64,000 nucleotides of DNA from Epiperipatus broadwayi (taxonomy: Eukaryota > Animalia > Onychophora): NCBI GenBank assembly GCA_028023455.1, contig JAQFVV010000003.1:18600001-18664000 (forward strand), given 5' to 3'. The stretch's first letter is position 1. Every line of letters begins with the position of its first letter. The position numbers and the translations under genes are program-made. This document shows, in pieces, positions 49,301 through 62,727 of the stretch. Under the pieces are notes generated by a model that saw only the letters and a list, made by a program, of their open reading frames with translations, did no database searches and had not been told where the DNA came from.

Positions 49301-52300
49301 TAACAATTACGTATAAAATCAATTGATGGCAATTCCAGTTCTCATAATTTATAATATTCACATACGAACCCATTGATTCAATTATATTTATAAAATAAAA
49401 AATGGTATATTGATATGGTGATACCTTATTTTTTTTTAAAATAAATAAATAAACAATGTCACTTGTTTAGATTGGTATGAAAGATCATAAATTTTTTTTT
49501 TTTTTTAATATGATGGCATGTATACCAAGAATGACCTATAGTTAATGATATTATTATTTTATGTATTTTTTTTTTTTTTTTGTGTTATTATTTTAATGAG
49601 ATTAAGTGGAAGTGTAACAATCGTATTTATATATTTACATATGCTATGTTAACATAAAATAAATTAGTTGATTTTAATTGATTTTATATCAAGGATTATC
49701 TATAATTTGTTGAGAATGCATCATTGAATTCACGTATCTCTTGATATAAAATATATATATAATATGTATCCAATAAGTGTAATATATAAGCTACAACATC
49801 AAGTTATTGCCCACATTGGCTAGATATATTCTTATAATTTATACCTGAACAGAGTAAGTACTTAAATTACGACTGAGTTTGAATTCTAGGGAATCTAATA
49901 GATTAACATGAAAATTAGGTGGATCCGGTGCATTTTGCCAAATGAATGGGAATTGAATGATAGTAAAGATTCCTCTTGGTTGTAATGTTATTGGATCTTT
50001 CCGGTTTTTCTGTGGACAGCTGGATTATTGTTTCGGTAAATGTAATGGGATGGATTTAGGTAAATGGTTGGTTCTACTGCAAGTGTTGATGATGGATGGG
50101 GAATTTTCCATTATAATTTTTCAGCATTTATTTATATTCCATTGCATTTTGATGTCACAATGCGGTCGGCTATATGTTTGTCTATTCGTCGGTACGTTAC
50201 ATTTTTGGTGAGCCCAATTGTGTGGCATTGAATCAATGATTTCCAGTCATCAAATATAAGTCGGTCCTTTACATATGTTTATTTTTATTTGAGATAATAT
50301 ATGATATGCAGTCCATTACATTTGATGGTGTTAAATTATAGAGTAGTAATTTTATCCATATTTGGAAAATTTGTGTTGTAGAAAATCCATAATTTTAAAG
50401 GTTGGATTGGATATTTGATTGTTGAAGTTTGGTTAGTTTTGTTGCAAGCATTGATGTTGGATGGGGGAATTTTGTCATTGCCTTGAGGATGTGATGTATT
50501 CATGTCACTTGTGACTGATTGATCTCATTCACTGGTCCAACCCAAATTGTAATGTTAGTTACTATTTATCATGAAGCAGTTAACAGTAGTCCTGCCATGA
50601 TTTTACCTCTAAGACTCCAGAGAGAGTAAGGTATAGTTTTATATATATATATAGTATTTGCCTTTAAGACTCCCAAAGATGAGCAAGGCAATATTTTATA
50701 AATAATAGCCCCTAAGACTTGGATGTAAGCAGGGCAGTGCAATAGTGTTTGCAGAAAACTATAATGGGTTGTAGTAGCTTAGAGTGGCTGAAATGTGATG
50801 ATCATCTGAGTGTTCATGGAACATTGTATACTTTAAGAGCAGTGAGTGGGTTCTTTTATCTATCTCAAAATTGTGAAATGCTAATCATTCTTTTGGCTGT
50901 CAGTATCTGTCAGATCTTTAGAGGAATGGATGAGTATATGATCTAAATATATAGCTTATTCTTAAAGGACTGTTGATAGTATATTTTTCAATCCGTTACA
51001 TTTTTGGCGCATCAACTGGGGCCATTACAATATATACATACATATCTAACAATAAACAAAAAAACTGTAATAAGATATATCTCTTGAATCAAGAATTAAA
51101 ATTAGATGAGTTGATCGAGTCCCTATTAGGTTAAAGTTTGCATGCTTCACATACTCCCCTCCTGCATTGAAAATCTGTCATTTTCTTCCACTCTTCATGC
51201 AGACGTTCCATTTTATATATAAAAAAGTCTATTAGGCACTAAAGTTCTAGACAGTGGCTCTTAGTTTAGCATGATTGTAAGGTTATTGATTCCACCAATG
51301 ACATTAATTTGTTTATCCTGCCAACATTGTGTTAGCACGATAATATATAACATTTTCAGTTATTTGCGTTTTTTAACATAAAAGGATTTGAAGAAATTTT
51401 CTGTGAATTAAAGTATGATTCTTCAATTGTCTGCTTTGCTGGTTATATACATATTAACTTATTTTCTGGGTGTGCACTTTATCCTATATTACACTTCAGT
51501 TTTATCATTCAATTTGTTTCATAAATTTACCATTCTTCAAAACAAAAATAATAATAATAACAGTAATAATTCAATTGTTCAAATTACTCATTTATTATTT
51601 TTATCAACTCAGAAACAAATTACGCAACGTATTTATACTCTTCTATATAAAAATTCATTTTATATACGTACTACATATGCATTCAGACAAAAATGTCCAT
51701 CTTGTACAATGTTCAAAACTATTATTTTTATTTTATGGAGTTGGTTTACCTTGGCGAATGTATAGTAGAATTACCTTTTTTTTTTTTTTAGTCTACATTG
51801 TTGGTGTCTCTCTTGCGTTTCCTTTTCACATGATTCAAGAAATATCATTACATGCCATTATTTTATTCCTATCCTAGGTTGCTTAACATAATACTCGACC
51901 TTCAATCGTTGTCATAGTTAATTCAGTATAATTTGCATCATCATTTAGTCCTGTTTCATGACGTATAAAAATATGAAACATAAGACAATCATTGTTATAC
52001 ATATATATTTATATAAATTTTCCTAAGTGTCAAACATTCCTTACTTCAATAGTTTAGCTATACTTTAATACATATGTGAAAATAGAATAATGTTTGATTT
52101 AATAATTAGTTATCTAATGCAATCTTGAGACCTTTGTGTCTATATACCTGTATATATATATATATATGTATTTATGTACTTAGACTTGGTGAATCGCATG
52201 TTAGCAAAGTTTACATTCATTTGACTTGGCAAAGATTGTGTCTACACATTATTTATATTACAGGTAGATAAAAGTTGGTGTGGGTACAAATTTAATATCC

Positions 52301-52308
52301 TCACAACA
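46398..52308 (-). repeat. 5' LTR (interrupted by 47643-51029), with a 92-bp tandem duplication at 46848-47028
   Basis: Collinear with 36790-39724 once the insertion is removed. Confidence 0.88.
47643..51029 (+). mobile_element. 3.39-kb solo-LTR-like insertion
   Basis: TGTAAG...TTACA termini; perfect ATAT TSD (47639-47642 / 51030-51033); TATATAAAA 48696-48704 then AATAAA 48837-48842; no recognisable coding region or internal terminal repeat. Confidence 0.8.
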
Positions 52309-53720
52309 TTATAATATTATGGATTTGGCCAACTCTAACCAAGTCTATATTTCTGAATAAAATTGAAAATTATTGGATTAAAAGAAAAAAAAACTTTAAT
52401 AAAAGATTTCTCTCAAGTGATCTGTATATCTGTATGTATAATTCAAATTTATATAATTATAATAAAATGTTTATTTATAAAGAAATTGGCTAAATTTGTA
52501 AAACTTAATGAGTTAAGTTATAAAATAAAATTATATATTTTATAATTTTAATTTAATTATTTAAAAAAGAAAGAGAAAAAACTAAAAAAACAACTAATTA
52601 AGTTTTTTTATAGCATTTAATTAGGTTAAATTTAATAAAAACTGTAATTAAATTTATTTAAAAGAATTGGGGGAAATAAAACTAAAAATATGGTTTTAAA
52701 ATAAAGAAAAATAAGTGTAGGATTTCTGGAAAGGTTTGCTCTTGCTTATTAACAAAAAATTGTAAAACAGAAAGAAGAGGAAAGTTTATACATCTGTGGG
52801 AAATCAGGGTACACATTGTTAACATTGTAAAATTTGAAAAAATTCAATTCTAGCTATAGAATCATTCTAGTTTGTTGCAGAGCATTGAGCTATAGTATCT
52901 CTCAGACCTGACATGTGATTAGCCAGCTAGCATGCCTAATTTATTTGAAGAGACAAGAACCAACATGAATTGCTAAGTGCAACTGAAGTATACCAATCAA
53001 AACTCACTATATAAACCTTTCCAACTTCAGAAAATTACTAAGAAGCTCAGAAACAGAGGACTTAGCATGCCTATTGAACTGTATCATTAATGAATCTCTT
53101 TAATGTATTGTGAAATATAAATTATTTAGATGTCTTTTTATACTTACAATTAATCTTTAATTTTTTATGTAATGTTCAGTAAATTTTTTTTTAATTTTTT
53201 TTTATGAAATCAGTCAAGAGTATCTAAATAAATTATTAATATTTTTATTTAACTTTAGTAGCTGTGTATCATTTTATCAGTATGATTCTCCATTAAGTTT
53301 AAGTGCTAATGTTCAGAGCTGAGAAAAGTAGGATTGTTACTGAGTGAACTACGATGCTAATATTAGCCAGACGGTAAAATATATAGGTTTTTTTTTTAAA
53401 TTTAAGGTCAAGCTTGTACATTCTAATAAAACTCTTATGAATGAGTATTAAATGATATCGTTAGAGATGTTGTATAGTGATTAAGAAATATAATCAGAGT
53501 ACCTTATATAAATATTTGTATAAAGAATCATCAAAATCCGATTTTAATCAAATGTTATTTAATCTTTAGGTTCAATGACAAAATATATATTAGATTTAAA
53601 TAATTCATATGTGAATCAGAAGCATTATGAGTGCACTGATATATGTATAGACATATGAGCCATCAGTCTAGATAAATCATCATCAGTAAAAAATAGTTCC
53701 TGGTACAATATAATATAAAA

Positions 53721-53807
53721 TATAGGGAGCATACCAATAGCTCAAACAAGCTCTTATTGATAAGTGCGGTAAGAGAAAAATGTTTGAGCTATTGGTACAC
53801 CCCCTGC
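53721..53807. mobile_element. Tiny Tc1/mariner-type MITE hairpin
   Basis: agggagcataccaatagctcaaaca / tgtttgagctattggtacaccccct inverted repeat; the ends resemble TA-CAGGGTGT. Confidence 0.6.
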
Positions 53808-54374
53808 ATTACATATTTGTAAATACAAACTTATAAAAGCAATGTCACATAATATATGACTTGTTTTATTGATTATGATATATATAATTATTATTGATCC
53901 ATTGCAAGACGGTCTCTGAATTATTCCAGTAATTTACAATTCATAATTTTTTTTCCCATGTCATAATTTTTTTAACCATCTATTTAGAACTTCAATTGCC
54001 CATAAGTTATTTTTTTAACAATTTGTTATCCCCACTTTATTCACTCTTTTAATTATACCAACGATTTCACAGATATCTTCTGTTTTTTCACTTATGTATT
54101 TTGCTTTTAATCTCTTGTTTCTAATTTTAATATACACCTGTAATCAAAAGTTAATAAATAAACAAACCAATTTCACAACTTTTAATAAAACATTTAAAAA
54201 ATAAATGAAATTTATTACTTAAGTCATCTAGATCTTGCAGATAAATATGATTGTTTTCTGCAAATAATGGTTTAGATGAATGCAAAACAGTAGGAATAAA
54301 GATAAGTATTAAAAAAAAAACTAAAGTAATACTCAATTTCTTTTAAAAAGGAGAAAATAAATGTTGATACTAAT

Positions 54375-54860
54375 GATGTAGAGGAACTAAATAGTTATAA
54401 ATACTTTGGTCTGATTATTATTAATAATACAAACAGGAACTTAATGAATAAAATAAATAAAAAAAATTAAACTCTTAGGTTGAGTGCTTCTAGTATAAAT
54501 AATTTAATACGCTTATGCTTTTGAAAGGAAAATTTTTAATCAATATGTTTTACTAGTGTTTACTTATGGATCTGAGACTTGGACACTTAGTGGAAGAGTA
54601 ATAGAGACTTTAGATCACACAATGCAGTATTGAGATATGTATTAAGAATAATAAAGAAGTATCAAAAGCAATATACATATATATAACAAATAGGTATTAT
54701 TGATTTTATTGAAAGAAGAGGCTAAAATGGAATTAGGTTTGACAAGTTGCTCAAAAAGATAATAGATGGTCAACTAAAATCTTAAACTGGATACTAAGAG
54801 AATGTAAGAGATCACATTAAATGGGTGAATGAGATAAGGAAGTTGATTAGATCATTCAAG
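54375..54860 (+). pseudogene. RTE-clade LINE RT 3' relic
   Basis: YKYFGLII, FNQYVL..TYGSETWTL (54562-54582), DNRWSTKILNW..RE.KR and KWVNEIRK. Confidence 0.75.
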
Positions 54861-55299
54861 AAGAAATTTATGGATCAGAGAAATTCAATTACTGCAGTAA
54901 ATTGATCTGGTTGAAAATAATGATGATCGTATTGTGCCAGGCATGATTTATATGGCCAAGCACAAGATAATGTTAAATAAATTAATGGCCTAAAATATGT
55001 AAAAAGCCATTAAATGGGGGATGGGTATACGATTTATATAATCGAACTTATTATAAATTAAGAGAGAACTGTGGCTATATCATAAACTCACACACATATA
55101 CGAGTAAAGCCAATATTTAAAGGCTTAGAAGTATGTATTTATAATTTTGATTTTTTGCTTTTTTAAAAAAGAAAAAGAAACGCCAAGATGTATTTACAAT
55201 TTTTTTTTTATTAATTTGTTAATTACAATTTGTGATTCTGTAATTATTTGTTTTTTAAGTGTTTACGAAGTAAATGTAAAAAGGAAAATTCGAAATGTT

Positions 55300-57450
55300 A
55301 CCATTTAAAAATAATTTCGAGATCGAAGTTTTAATGGTTATTTTTCTCTTCAGTCGCATTTGAGCGAGAGAGGGGGTCATTGTCTTAGATTTTAAAAAAA
55401 AGGCCTAAAGGCATTTTTGTTTCCTGTCCATTCTAAAATAATTTCAACTGGACAAAAGAACTTATTTAAACTTGTGATAATGCGGGGAGAGAGGAATGTC
55501 CAATTTAAGTGAAATGTTTTTTTTTTAACTTCGATTGTGTATAATATAATTACTGAAAAGGAAAAATATGTTATCATACATTAAAAATTTTTCATTAGTG
55601 ATATTGTGGTCTAAATGGAGATAGGAAACTAATTGGAAATAAAATTCTTGAGAACACTTAGGCGATTGCATTGGAATGTTTCGTGAATCGTCTAAACCAC
55701 TTAGTAAAACCAAAAAAGGAATTAATTAATTTTTCTTTCTTGGGGAGAGTACCTGAATTGAGAGTGTATTTGAGTGGAGAGATATATAGTTGTTCTCAAG
55801 TGGCGAGAAGAAGTTCGTTCATTTTGTTTTTCGAATGCTAATTTTAGTAGGAGTCTAATTTTAATTTTATTGTTAATCAAATACTGTTTTTGGAACCATT
55901 CGAAGTCTTTCAACCTTTTGATTAATCATGCTGATTCTGAATCATTCTAATCCATGGGATTTATTCTAATTCATTCAGTCATTCTGAACCAATGGATTCT
56001 AATTCATGCAATCACTCAAATAACCATTGAGCCATTCGACCAGTTAACCAGTCAGTAGTCAACGATTTACACATCGGATAATTAAGTGGTGTAGAGTAAA
56101 CATCGAACAGTTATCTAGCTAACTATTGGAAAGCTAAATGATGAGCAGATGATTATTCCACCAGTTACTCAGTTAATGTCGATAGAAGTTCAAATTACAA
56201 CACGCCAGTGATGCCAGTAATTAACCTGGAGTTCGTAAAACAAGAAAATACTGTCTAGGTGCATAACTGTGGTCCAGCAGAATTTAACCCAAATTCCTAC
56301 CTAAAGATGCAAACCAAGCACTTTCCTGTCTGTAGAGTGATTATTACTTCAGCACGTCCATCCAGCTCCGCTTCTGCCGTCCAAAAATGTAAACACCGAG
56401 ATTTAAATACCAAGCAATGATGATGAATTCCATGAAATTGTGCCGCATTCAAGTCCAGCCTTCGCCGCATTAGATGAATACATGTACAGCCCACTCAAAG
56501 CCCAAAGAAGGGTGAAGCTTATAGACTTTATCGGGTACACTCTATTTTTTTTTTGTTTTGTTTTAAATTTAATACACATAATTTCATAAATATATATCTC
56601 ATGTACATACGTACATAAATACATCTTTTATTTAACTTATTATTTATTTTGTTTGCTTAATGCACTTGTGTGTGAGGTTATAATCCACAGACCACTATCT
56701 CTCACGTATTAGTTATTCAATACATTTTTTTTAAAGAAAGAAATTTTCCTTTAATTATTCTAATGCTTGCTTTATTAAGTATTTCTTTTATGATTATATA
56801 TTCTTTTTATTTTATTAAAATGATTTATTTAGTTAGTAACATTCGTTTTGTATATTTATTCAGCCTTGGGATATTAATTTTATTATTATCATATTAAAAA
56901 TGGTATGGGATAATGGGCTAATAAAAGATTTATCTTATAATTCTAAAAGTGAATACTGCTATATATATTTTTTGTTTGTCATTTACTTTCTGTAACCAAA
57001 TAATTAATTAATTGTGCGAGTTTTCCGATCCCCATTCTTTTAACTGAGAATAGAGTACGCTGAGCTAGCAAATGGGACACCATCTTATCGGAACTTAAAT
57101 CTTTATTTATCATGAGGATTTATTAGTTGTTTTTTTTTTTTTTGAATGATTATTCATTTTCATATATGCCCAATAATTATTGAACTTGCATATCCTTTCA
57201 GGAGGAGAATTAATTTTGCTTCTGGGAGTGGTGTGAGAGGTTGGTTTAAAGTTATCCTCCAAAGATATGTAAGAATCAGTCTTTTTATAAATATCTTTTG
57301 TGTCCGTAATAATATTATGATAAAGCATTTAAATTTCTCCTTATTCCGGCATGTCGTCATATTTCCTTTCATGTTTGATATGTGTGCATGCTTATTTTGA
57401 TGGAATAAGCGGATTGACCGGTACAGTATATAAATATCTTCACATGTTAA
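55300..57450. promoter_or_regulatory. CpG-retaining, non-repetitive patch: candidate promoter or 5' exon region
   Basis: CpG dinucleotides are visibly more frequent than in the flanking TE relics; locally higher GC; minus-strand donor-like AG|GTAGGA at 56295-56302. Confidence 0.3.
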
Positions 57451-60183
57451 AAATAAAAAATAAGCTAGTTATGCATGCACTTCTGTCTACTAGTTACATC
57501 GCAAACAGTTATTTATAAAGACTTTCTAGCATATCTGATAAAGCAAAATTACTGAAATGTGTAATCTAAGACTAGTATTTTTCATTAGCAATGGTTAGCA
57601 TTATTCGAATCATTCTGAAGTTTAGATTTACAATAGAGAGCACTAGATATGCTTCTTAAAATTTTGATTAGCTGACTTATGGATTTAGATTTTACTCAGT
57701 TCTTGATTTCATCTTGTGACTGCATTTTATATTTTAATTTGAAGCATTATTCCAAAGTTGGATACTTTAGAAAATAGTGACATTCAGTATGAACCATGTC
57801 AAATTATATAAATGATTTTCACTTTTTATTTCAAATTAATTATTTAATCTCAAAATAAACATTTTCTGTTCAATGTCTAAAGCAAATATTTAAAAATTCT
57901 TTCACTAAAGTCATTAGCTTGACTTACTTTTACTTTACTACCATGCACATTGTTGGTACTCACAATTCCTATATGATAAACTGATGGGATTTTATGAAAA
58001 GTTTAATGTTTGTGTTTTCAATTTGTCATTTTGCAAATAGATACATCATATATAGAGTACTATATTATTGCAAGATAATTTCATTAATTATTGAGAATTA
58101 TGCGTGTGATCAGTGTTAGTATTGATCACATTATTTTAATTAATTATATGAAAGACTTTCTAGTGTGGTGATTAACAAATTTTCTTGTGGTACCCATCAA
58201 TCTGAAATTTGAATTCATGTAATTAGAAATTTTTTAGATAGCTTAGAATTTCTAAGCAAGCATAGGATTTTTTAAGATAGCTGGCCTATAGCCCTCAAAA
58301 CTAGCTGTCATTTATTAGCCACTCAATGGATATCTATCCTCTTTTAGCTAAAAGGAAAATCTTTAAAACTCACCAGCCACCAATTATCTAGCCTGTCAAT
58401 ATGTCATCTTTATTATATTTTTTTGAGAAAATGTTGAAGAGGTTTTTGCTTTACATTAAGGTATTTAAAACTTTGTTTTTATAATGCATTTATACAGGTA
58501 AAATTATTTTAATCTGGCATCTTGTCTATTTGGAAAATATCACCACCTGCACAAAATTAATAAACCTTTTAAGTTTTCATTATTACTATATTAGATTTAT
58601 ATAAGTAATATTTTTTAAATTTATTTTTGAATGTATACATTTTAAAATAAAATTAATGAAAAAATACATAAACATCTATAAATTAATAAACTTAATTGTT
58701 AGCATTATATTTCTATTTTGATTGTTTGACCAAAGAAAAGATTTCATTTGCTTCAGTATACAAAAAAGTGAGATTTTTTTAAAATTCAGAGTTGATAGGA
58801 TCAGAGAGAAAGAGTGTGTGTTATTTAAATCAGGTTTGAACAACTTGTTTTTTTTTAAAAGGTAATGATAACTATAATGGTAACTAATTTACAGTTATTA
58901 TTTTTTATTGTATAAAAACATATTGCATTAAATATTTAAATTTTCAACAGCTTATGAATTCTAGATGACATAGGAAGTTTATAATGAGGAGATTAAAAAA
59001 GTGTATTGCTGAAACATTCATAATCTAGTAAAATCGCTAATGGAAACTAAATTTTAAAATCCTAGAATAAACTGTTTTCAAAAAAGGACAATGATAACTT
59101 ACTACTACAAATGATCAAGTGTTATTGATCTTCGCCTGTTTAATTTATTGCCCTATAGTCAGAAAACATATATATATATATATTTATGTATGGGTTGCTT
59201 TAAATTATGTGAACAATTATTGATTGAAACAAAAATACTGAAGAAAGAATCTTAACCCAAAGATTTGATAGTGTTTATTTGCATGTTAGTGTTTTAATTT
59301 GCTATTTTGATTTAATGTGTTAAACTAATTTAAACTCATTTCTGAAGTTTTAGTATTTTATAATTGTTGCCATTATTAAAAATTGATTGAAAAAAAGTCT
59401 TTTGTTTTGCATATATTTTCATGCCTAAATAATATTCTTCTTTATTAGATTTTATTTTATAAATATGCCTTAGGCAAAACTTTCCAAGTCATAAATTTTA
59501 TTTTCTCCCTTAATTGCTTAATTAAGAAATGCATAAATTATAAGTTTTTAAACAATTTAGTCAATTATTATTGTGTGTTATACAGCAAATTAATACAATT
59601 TTTAAGAGTGAAATTTTGTAAAATATACTTGTCAGAATTTTTATTTTAAGTCTTAATTAGGTTAATCTAATCCCTGAATAAATTTCAGGTTAATTCACAT
59701 GTTATGTTATTCTTCTCCAGTTTTATTTGTACTATTAACCTGTTTTCAGTTGGATTGATCTTCAGCCTATTATGCAATTGACAGCAGGAAATACTTGCAT
59801 GAGTAGACCAGTTCATTACTCTTCTTAGGATAATACTATAAGTCATAAATTAATAATATAAAAAGAGAATTTATTGTCAGTGATTATTCTTTACCATACA
59901 TTAACAAAAGAATTAAAAATTTTAATTTCGAACTAAGGTAGTTCAACAAAAATAGAAATAAGTTATAAAACTTATATATTAAAATAATATTAGTAGTATT
60001 TTATTCTGTAAATTATTGATTATATTATTAAGGGCAATTTTAAAATTTTGACAGGATATATATTTTTTTAAAAATGAAGAATGCATTAATTTATCTTTAA
60101 AATATCAAGTATGCAGATAACAAATAAATATTCTGTAAAAATTAAAGACTTTAATGGTGATTATAAATTGGACAAAAAATATG

Positions 60184-60630
60184 CACAGAGGCAAAACTTT
60201 CCATACAGTAGCACCCTTTAGTGCAAGCCAGGGTAATCAATGGATGCAGGAAGGTTTGTACATAAATCCCTGTCTAGTGCCTATTCATCCAATATCCCCA
60301 GACTAGTTTTCTAGCTTGTGGCTTTCATCCGTGAGTGCATCTAGATCTTATGATCTAATGCAAGCCTTCAGCAGCCACCTTTTACTTTTTTTTTATCTAA
60401 CTATAAAGCTTTGAGTCTAAAATGAAAACACAATAATGTTTTCAAGCTAAGCTCATTAGCTTGTATAGTTGTAAGATCTGAACTCAGTTCAGCATCCATA
60501 CTTTTTGATGTCTTTGGTTCGTTAATAACCACAATCACCATAATCCTATTGGGCGGGATTGGTATTAAACCATCAAACAGCTTGTATAAGCATAAAGAAT
60601 GACGATCATGTGATGTTTGATGGTTTAATT
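60184..60630 (-). mobile_element. Hammerhead retrozyme-like repeat, locus D
   Basis: Minus arm 60184 to ~60577 (core CGGATGA, GAAAACTAGTC, stem I 5' strand deleted) and inverted plus arm ~60577-60630. Perfect 10-bp TSD aaaaaatatg (60174-60183 / 60631-60640). Confidence 0.85.
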
Positions 60631-61755
60631 AAAAAATATGAATACCAACAATAATATCACATAACTTCATATCCAGTTTATGTGACTATTTAAGCAAGTT
60701 ATTTTAGCTTCAAAATCTTAGGGTTTTTTTTTTTTTTAAATTTAGGATATTAGCTAAAATAGGATAAAGAAGTTAAAAGAAAAAAGACTGCTAGATGCAT
60801 AAGTGCATTAGTTAGAGCTTTGAATTCTACTTTTCACTAATGAAAGCAAAACCAGATATTAATTTGGAGATTATGATGTTGTAACATTATACTATTTGTG
60901 TGTACTCAAGTTTACAATATAAATTTCTGGAATAAGGCTAAAAAAAAATGTTCTTACTTTGCTAAAATATCAAATGTGGGGCAGATATATACTCAATAAC
61001 ATCTAAGATTAAAATAATAAACAATAGATATAAAAAAAAAAAAGTTATGAATTGCTTTAAAAAAGTAGGATTTTATATAAAGCTAGATAGTAATAATGAT
61101 TAATAATAGAAGCAATACAATAGAAGGAAAATAGCACACTAATAATTAAGAAAAGAATATCAGAAATGTATAAATTAAAATTAATAAACATATTTCGGGT
61201 TTGAATTTGGATAAAATTTAATTTATTTATTTTTAGTTGATTGTTTGCAAGCATGTGCATGATTTTTTTTTAATCACTGAATCATATCCAAAGTAATTAT
61301 CCATGACATTACTAATTTAAATGGTTGTTACCTTGTATTAGTGAAAGTATAAAATTAGAAAGTAAAAGCATATATCCTTCACAGTTTTTTTATTGGAGTG
61401 ATACTAGAATGGTAATTGTCCTACAGTAATTTATTTGAAAAAGTGTTATTATTTACTTTTATTTCTAATTTATTCTTTATATATATATATTAATGAAATT
61501 CAAAATTAACATATTCTTTAAAATATATGGATAAAGATATATGTAAAAAAAAAAAAACTATCATCAAAATGCATTTCTGGCAGAACCTGCCAGCACATAC
61601 ATGTTTTCCTGATCATAGTTTAATATAGTGCGTTCTGTTGTATTTTAATGGAGTCACGATTTGTAAATTTAGTTATACAGAATATACATAACTTAATACC
61701 TTTATATATGTTGTGCTGATTTGCGACAATGCTTTTTTTGTTTGTTTGTTTTCAG

Positions 61756-61918
61756 TTATTTGTTTAATACCGTCTTGTTCGCTTGTGAATTATGTAAAAG
61801 AGAAATCGGTTTATGGAATTTTGTTAACTTGGATGAATCAGAGAACTCTGAAGATTTTAATAACAAAGAATGTGAAGAAAATCCAGATGAGCCTCCAGTC
61901 AAGAAAAGCTGTTTGGAC
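61756..61918 (+). CDS. ZC3HC1: Internal coding exon of a ZC3HC1/NIPA-like gene (Rsm1-like zinc-finger half)
   Basis: Polypyrimidine tract-ttttcag acceptor and GTAAGT donor (61919-61924). The open frame LFACELCKREIGLWNF...PPVKKSCL resembles the remembered NIPA sequence LITCSQCMRKVGLWGF...PLRKAKRARL. Confidence 0.6.
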
Positions 61919-62076
61919 GTAAGTAAATTTTAGATGATTATATTGGTGATTAATATTTATAGCAATTAGTTCTTTCCTGATAGTACTAAAAATGGAAAAA
62001 GGAAAAGGTGGGCGTGGATTATTTTACAATTTAAAAAATTACACCGTAAATAAATATAACTGTTAAAGGAAATTTG

Positions 62077-62139
62077 ATTGGGGGGGGGGGGGGTATTTTT
62101 ATAAAATATTGGTTCAACTAAATATCCCCCCCCCCCAAT
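62077..62139. repeat. G14 / C11 inverted repeat
   Basis: att-G14 (62080-62093)-tattt ... aaatat-C11 (62126-62136)-aat. Confidence 0.85.
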
Positions 62140-62621
62140 AAAATTTATATACAATAATATGGTATAAAAACGTAGCGCATAAAAATAATTAGCATTGTCT
62201 TATGAATTCCTGTTAATGAAACTAAAAAGAAATGAAAATTTATGAAATGAGTCAAGTTCTGAACATTTAAAAGATGTTTATTGGTAGCCATTGGTGTTGT
62301 TTATTTTAAATATTAATTATTTATAAATGTCAGTTGTGTATTTGACCCAATTCATGACAACTTTTCATTGGTAATTTAAAAAATTTATTATCTTCGGCTA
62401 TTTAAGAGGAAATATTTTTTAATTAATTTTGATATTTAGTTTAGAATAACCGAAAGTTTTTGGCGTTATGTTGTAATTTTTTTATTATTATTTAATATAG
62501 ATTTGTTTTATATTATTTTTTAAAAAATAGGAAAATATCTTGCTTTAGTATTCTTTGTACATTATGAAAATACGCAAAGACTTGTATGTAAACGCACGCA
62601 CACATACAAATACGTAATATA

Positions 62622-62727
62622 TATTGTCAAGCGTTGGTGGTGAGTGGTTAGCACAGCTGCCTTACAAGCAGTTGTCCCGAGATTCGCTTCCTGGCCGACG
62701 CTTTGACACATTAAAAAAAAAAAAAAA
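62622..62727 (+). pseudogene. Retroposed tRNA-Gly(TCC)-derived copy with poly(A) and TSD (anticodon reads TAC)
   Basis: Body 62631-62701 follows GCGTTGGTGG..AGTGG..AGCA.AGCTGCCTT(C>A)CAAGCAGTTG.CCCG..TTCG.TTCC.GGCC.ACGC. A15 at 62713-62727; direct repeat acgtaatata at 62612-62621 and 62727-62736. Confidence 0.85.

Larger units (their letters stand above)
36790..52308 (-). mobile_element. Full-length decayed Ty3/gypsy LTR retrotransposon (~12.1 kb plus a 3.4-kb nested insertion)
   Basis: 3' LTR 36790-39724; PPT AAGGGAGGGG 39725-39734; pol; gag; duplicated PBS; 5' LTR 46398-52308 (interrupted). TSD ATAT (36786-36789) / TTAT (52309-52312), one mismatch. Confidence 0.9.

Noticed and set aside
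52770-52830. Zinc-knuckle-like YICGKSG as a gag relic
   Set aside because: Incomplete CCHC motif and no supporting neighbouring motifs.
56297-56624. Minus-strand ORFs in the CpG-rich patch as a first coding exon
   Set aside because: No recognisable protein similarity; overlapping short frames of similar length suggest chance or UTR sequence.
62631-62701. Functional tRNA-Val(TAC) gene
   Set aside because: The body is tRNA-Gly(TCC), the D and T arms are damaged, and the poly(A) tail plus TSD indicate a retrocopy.
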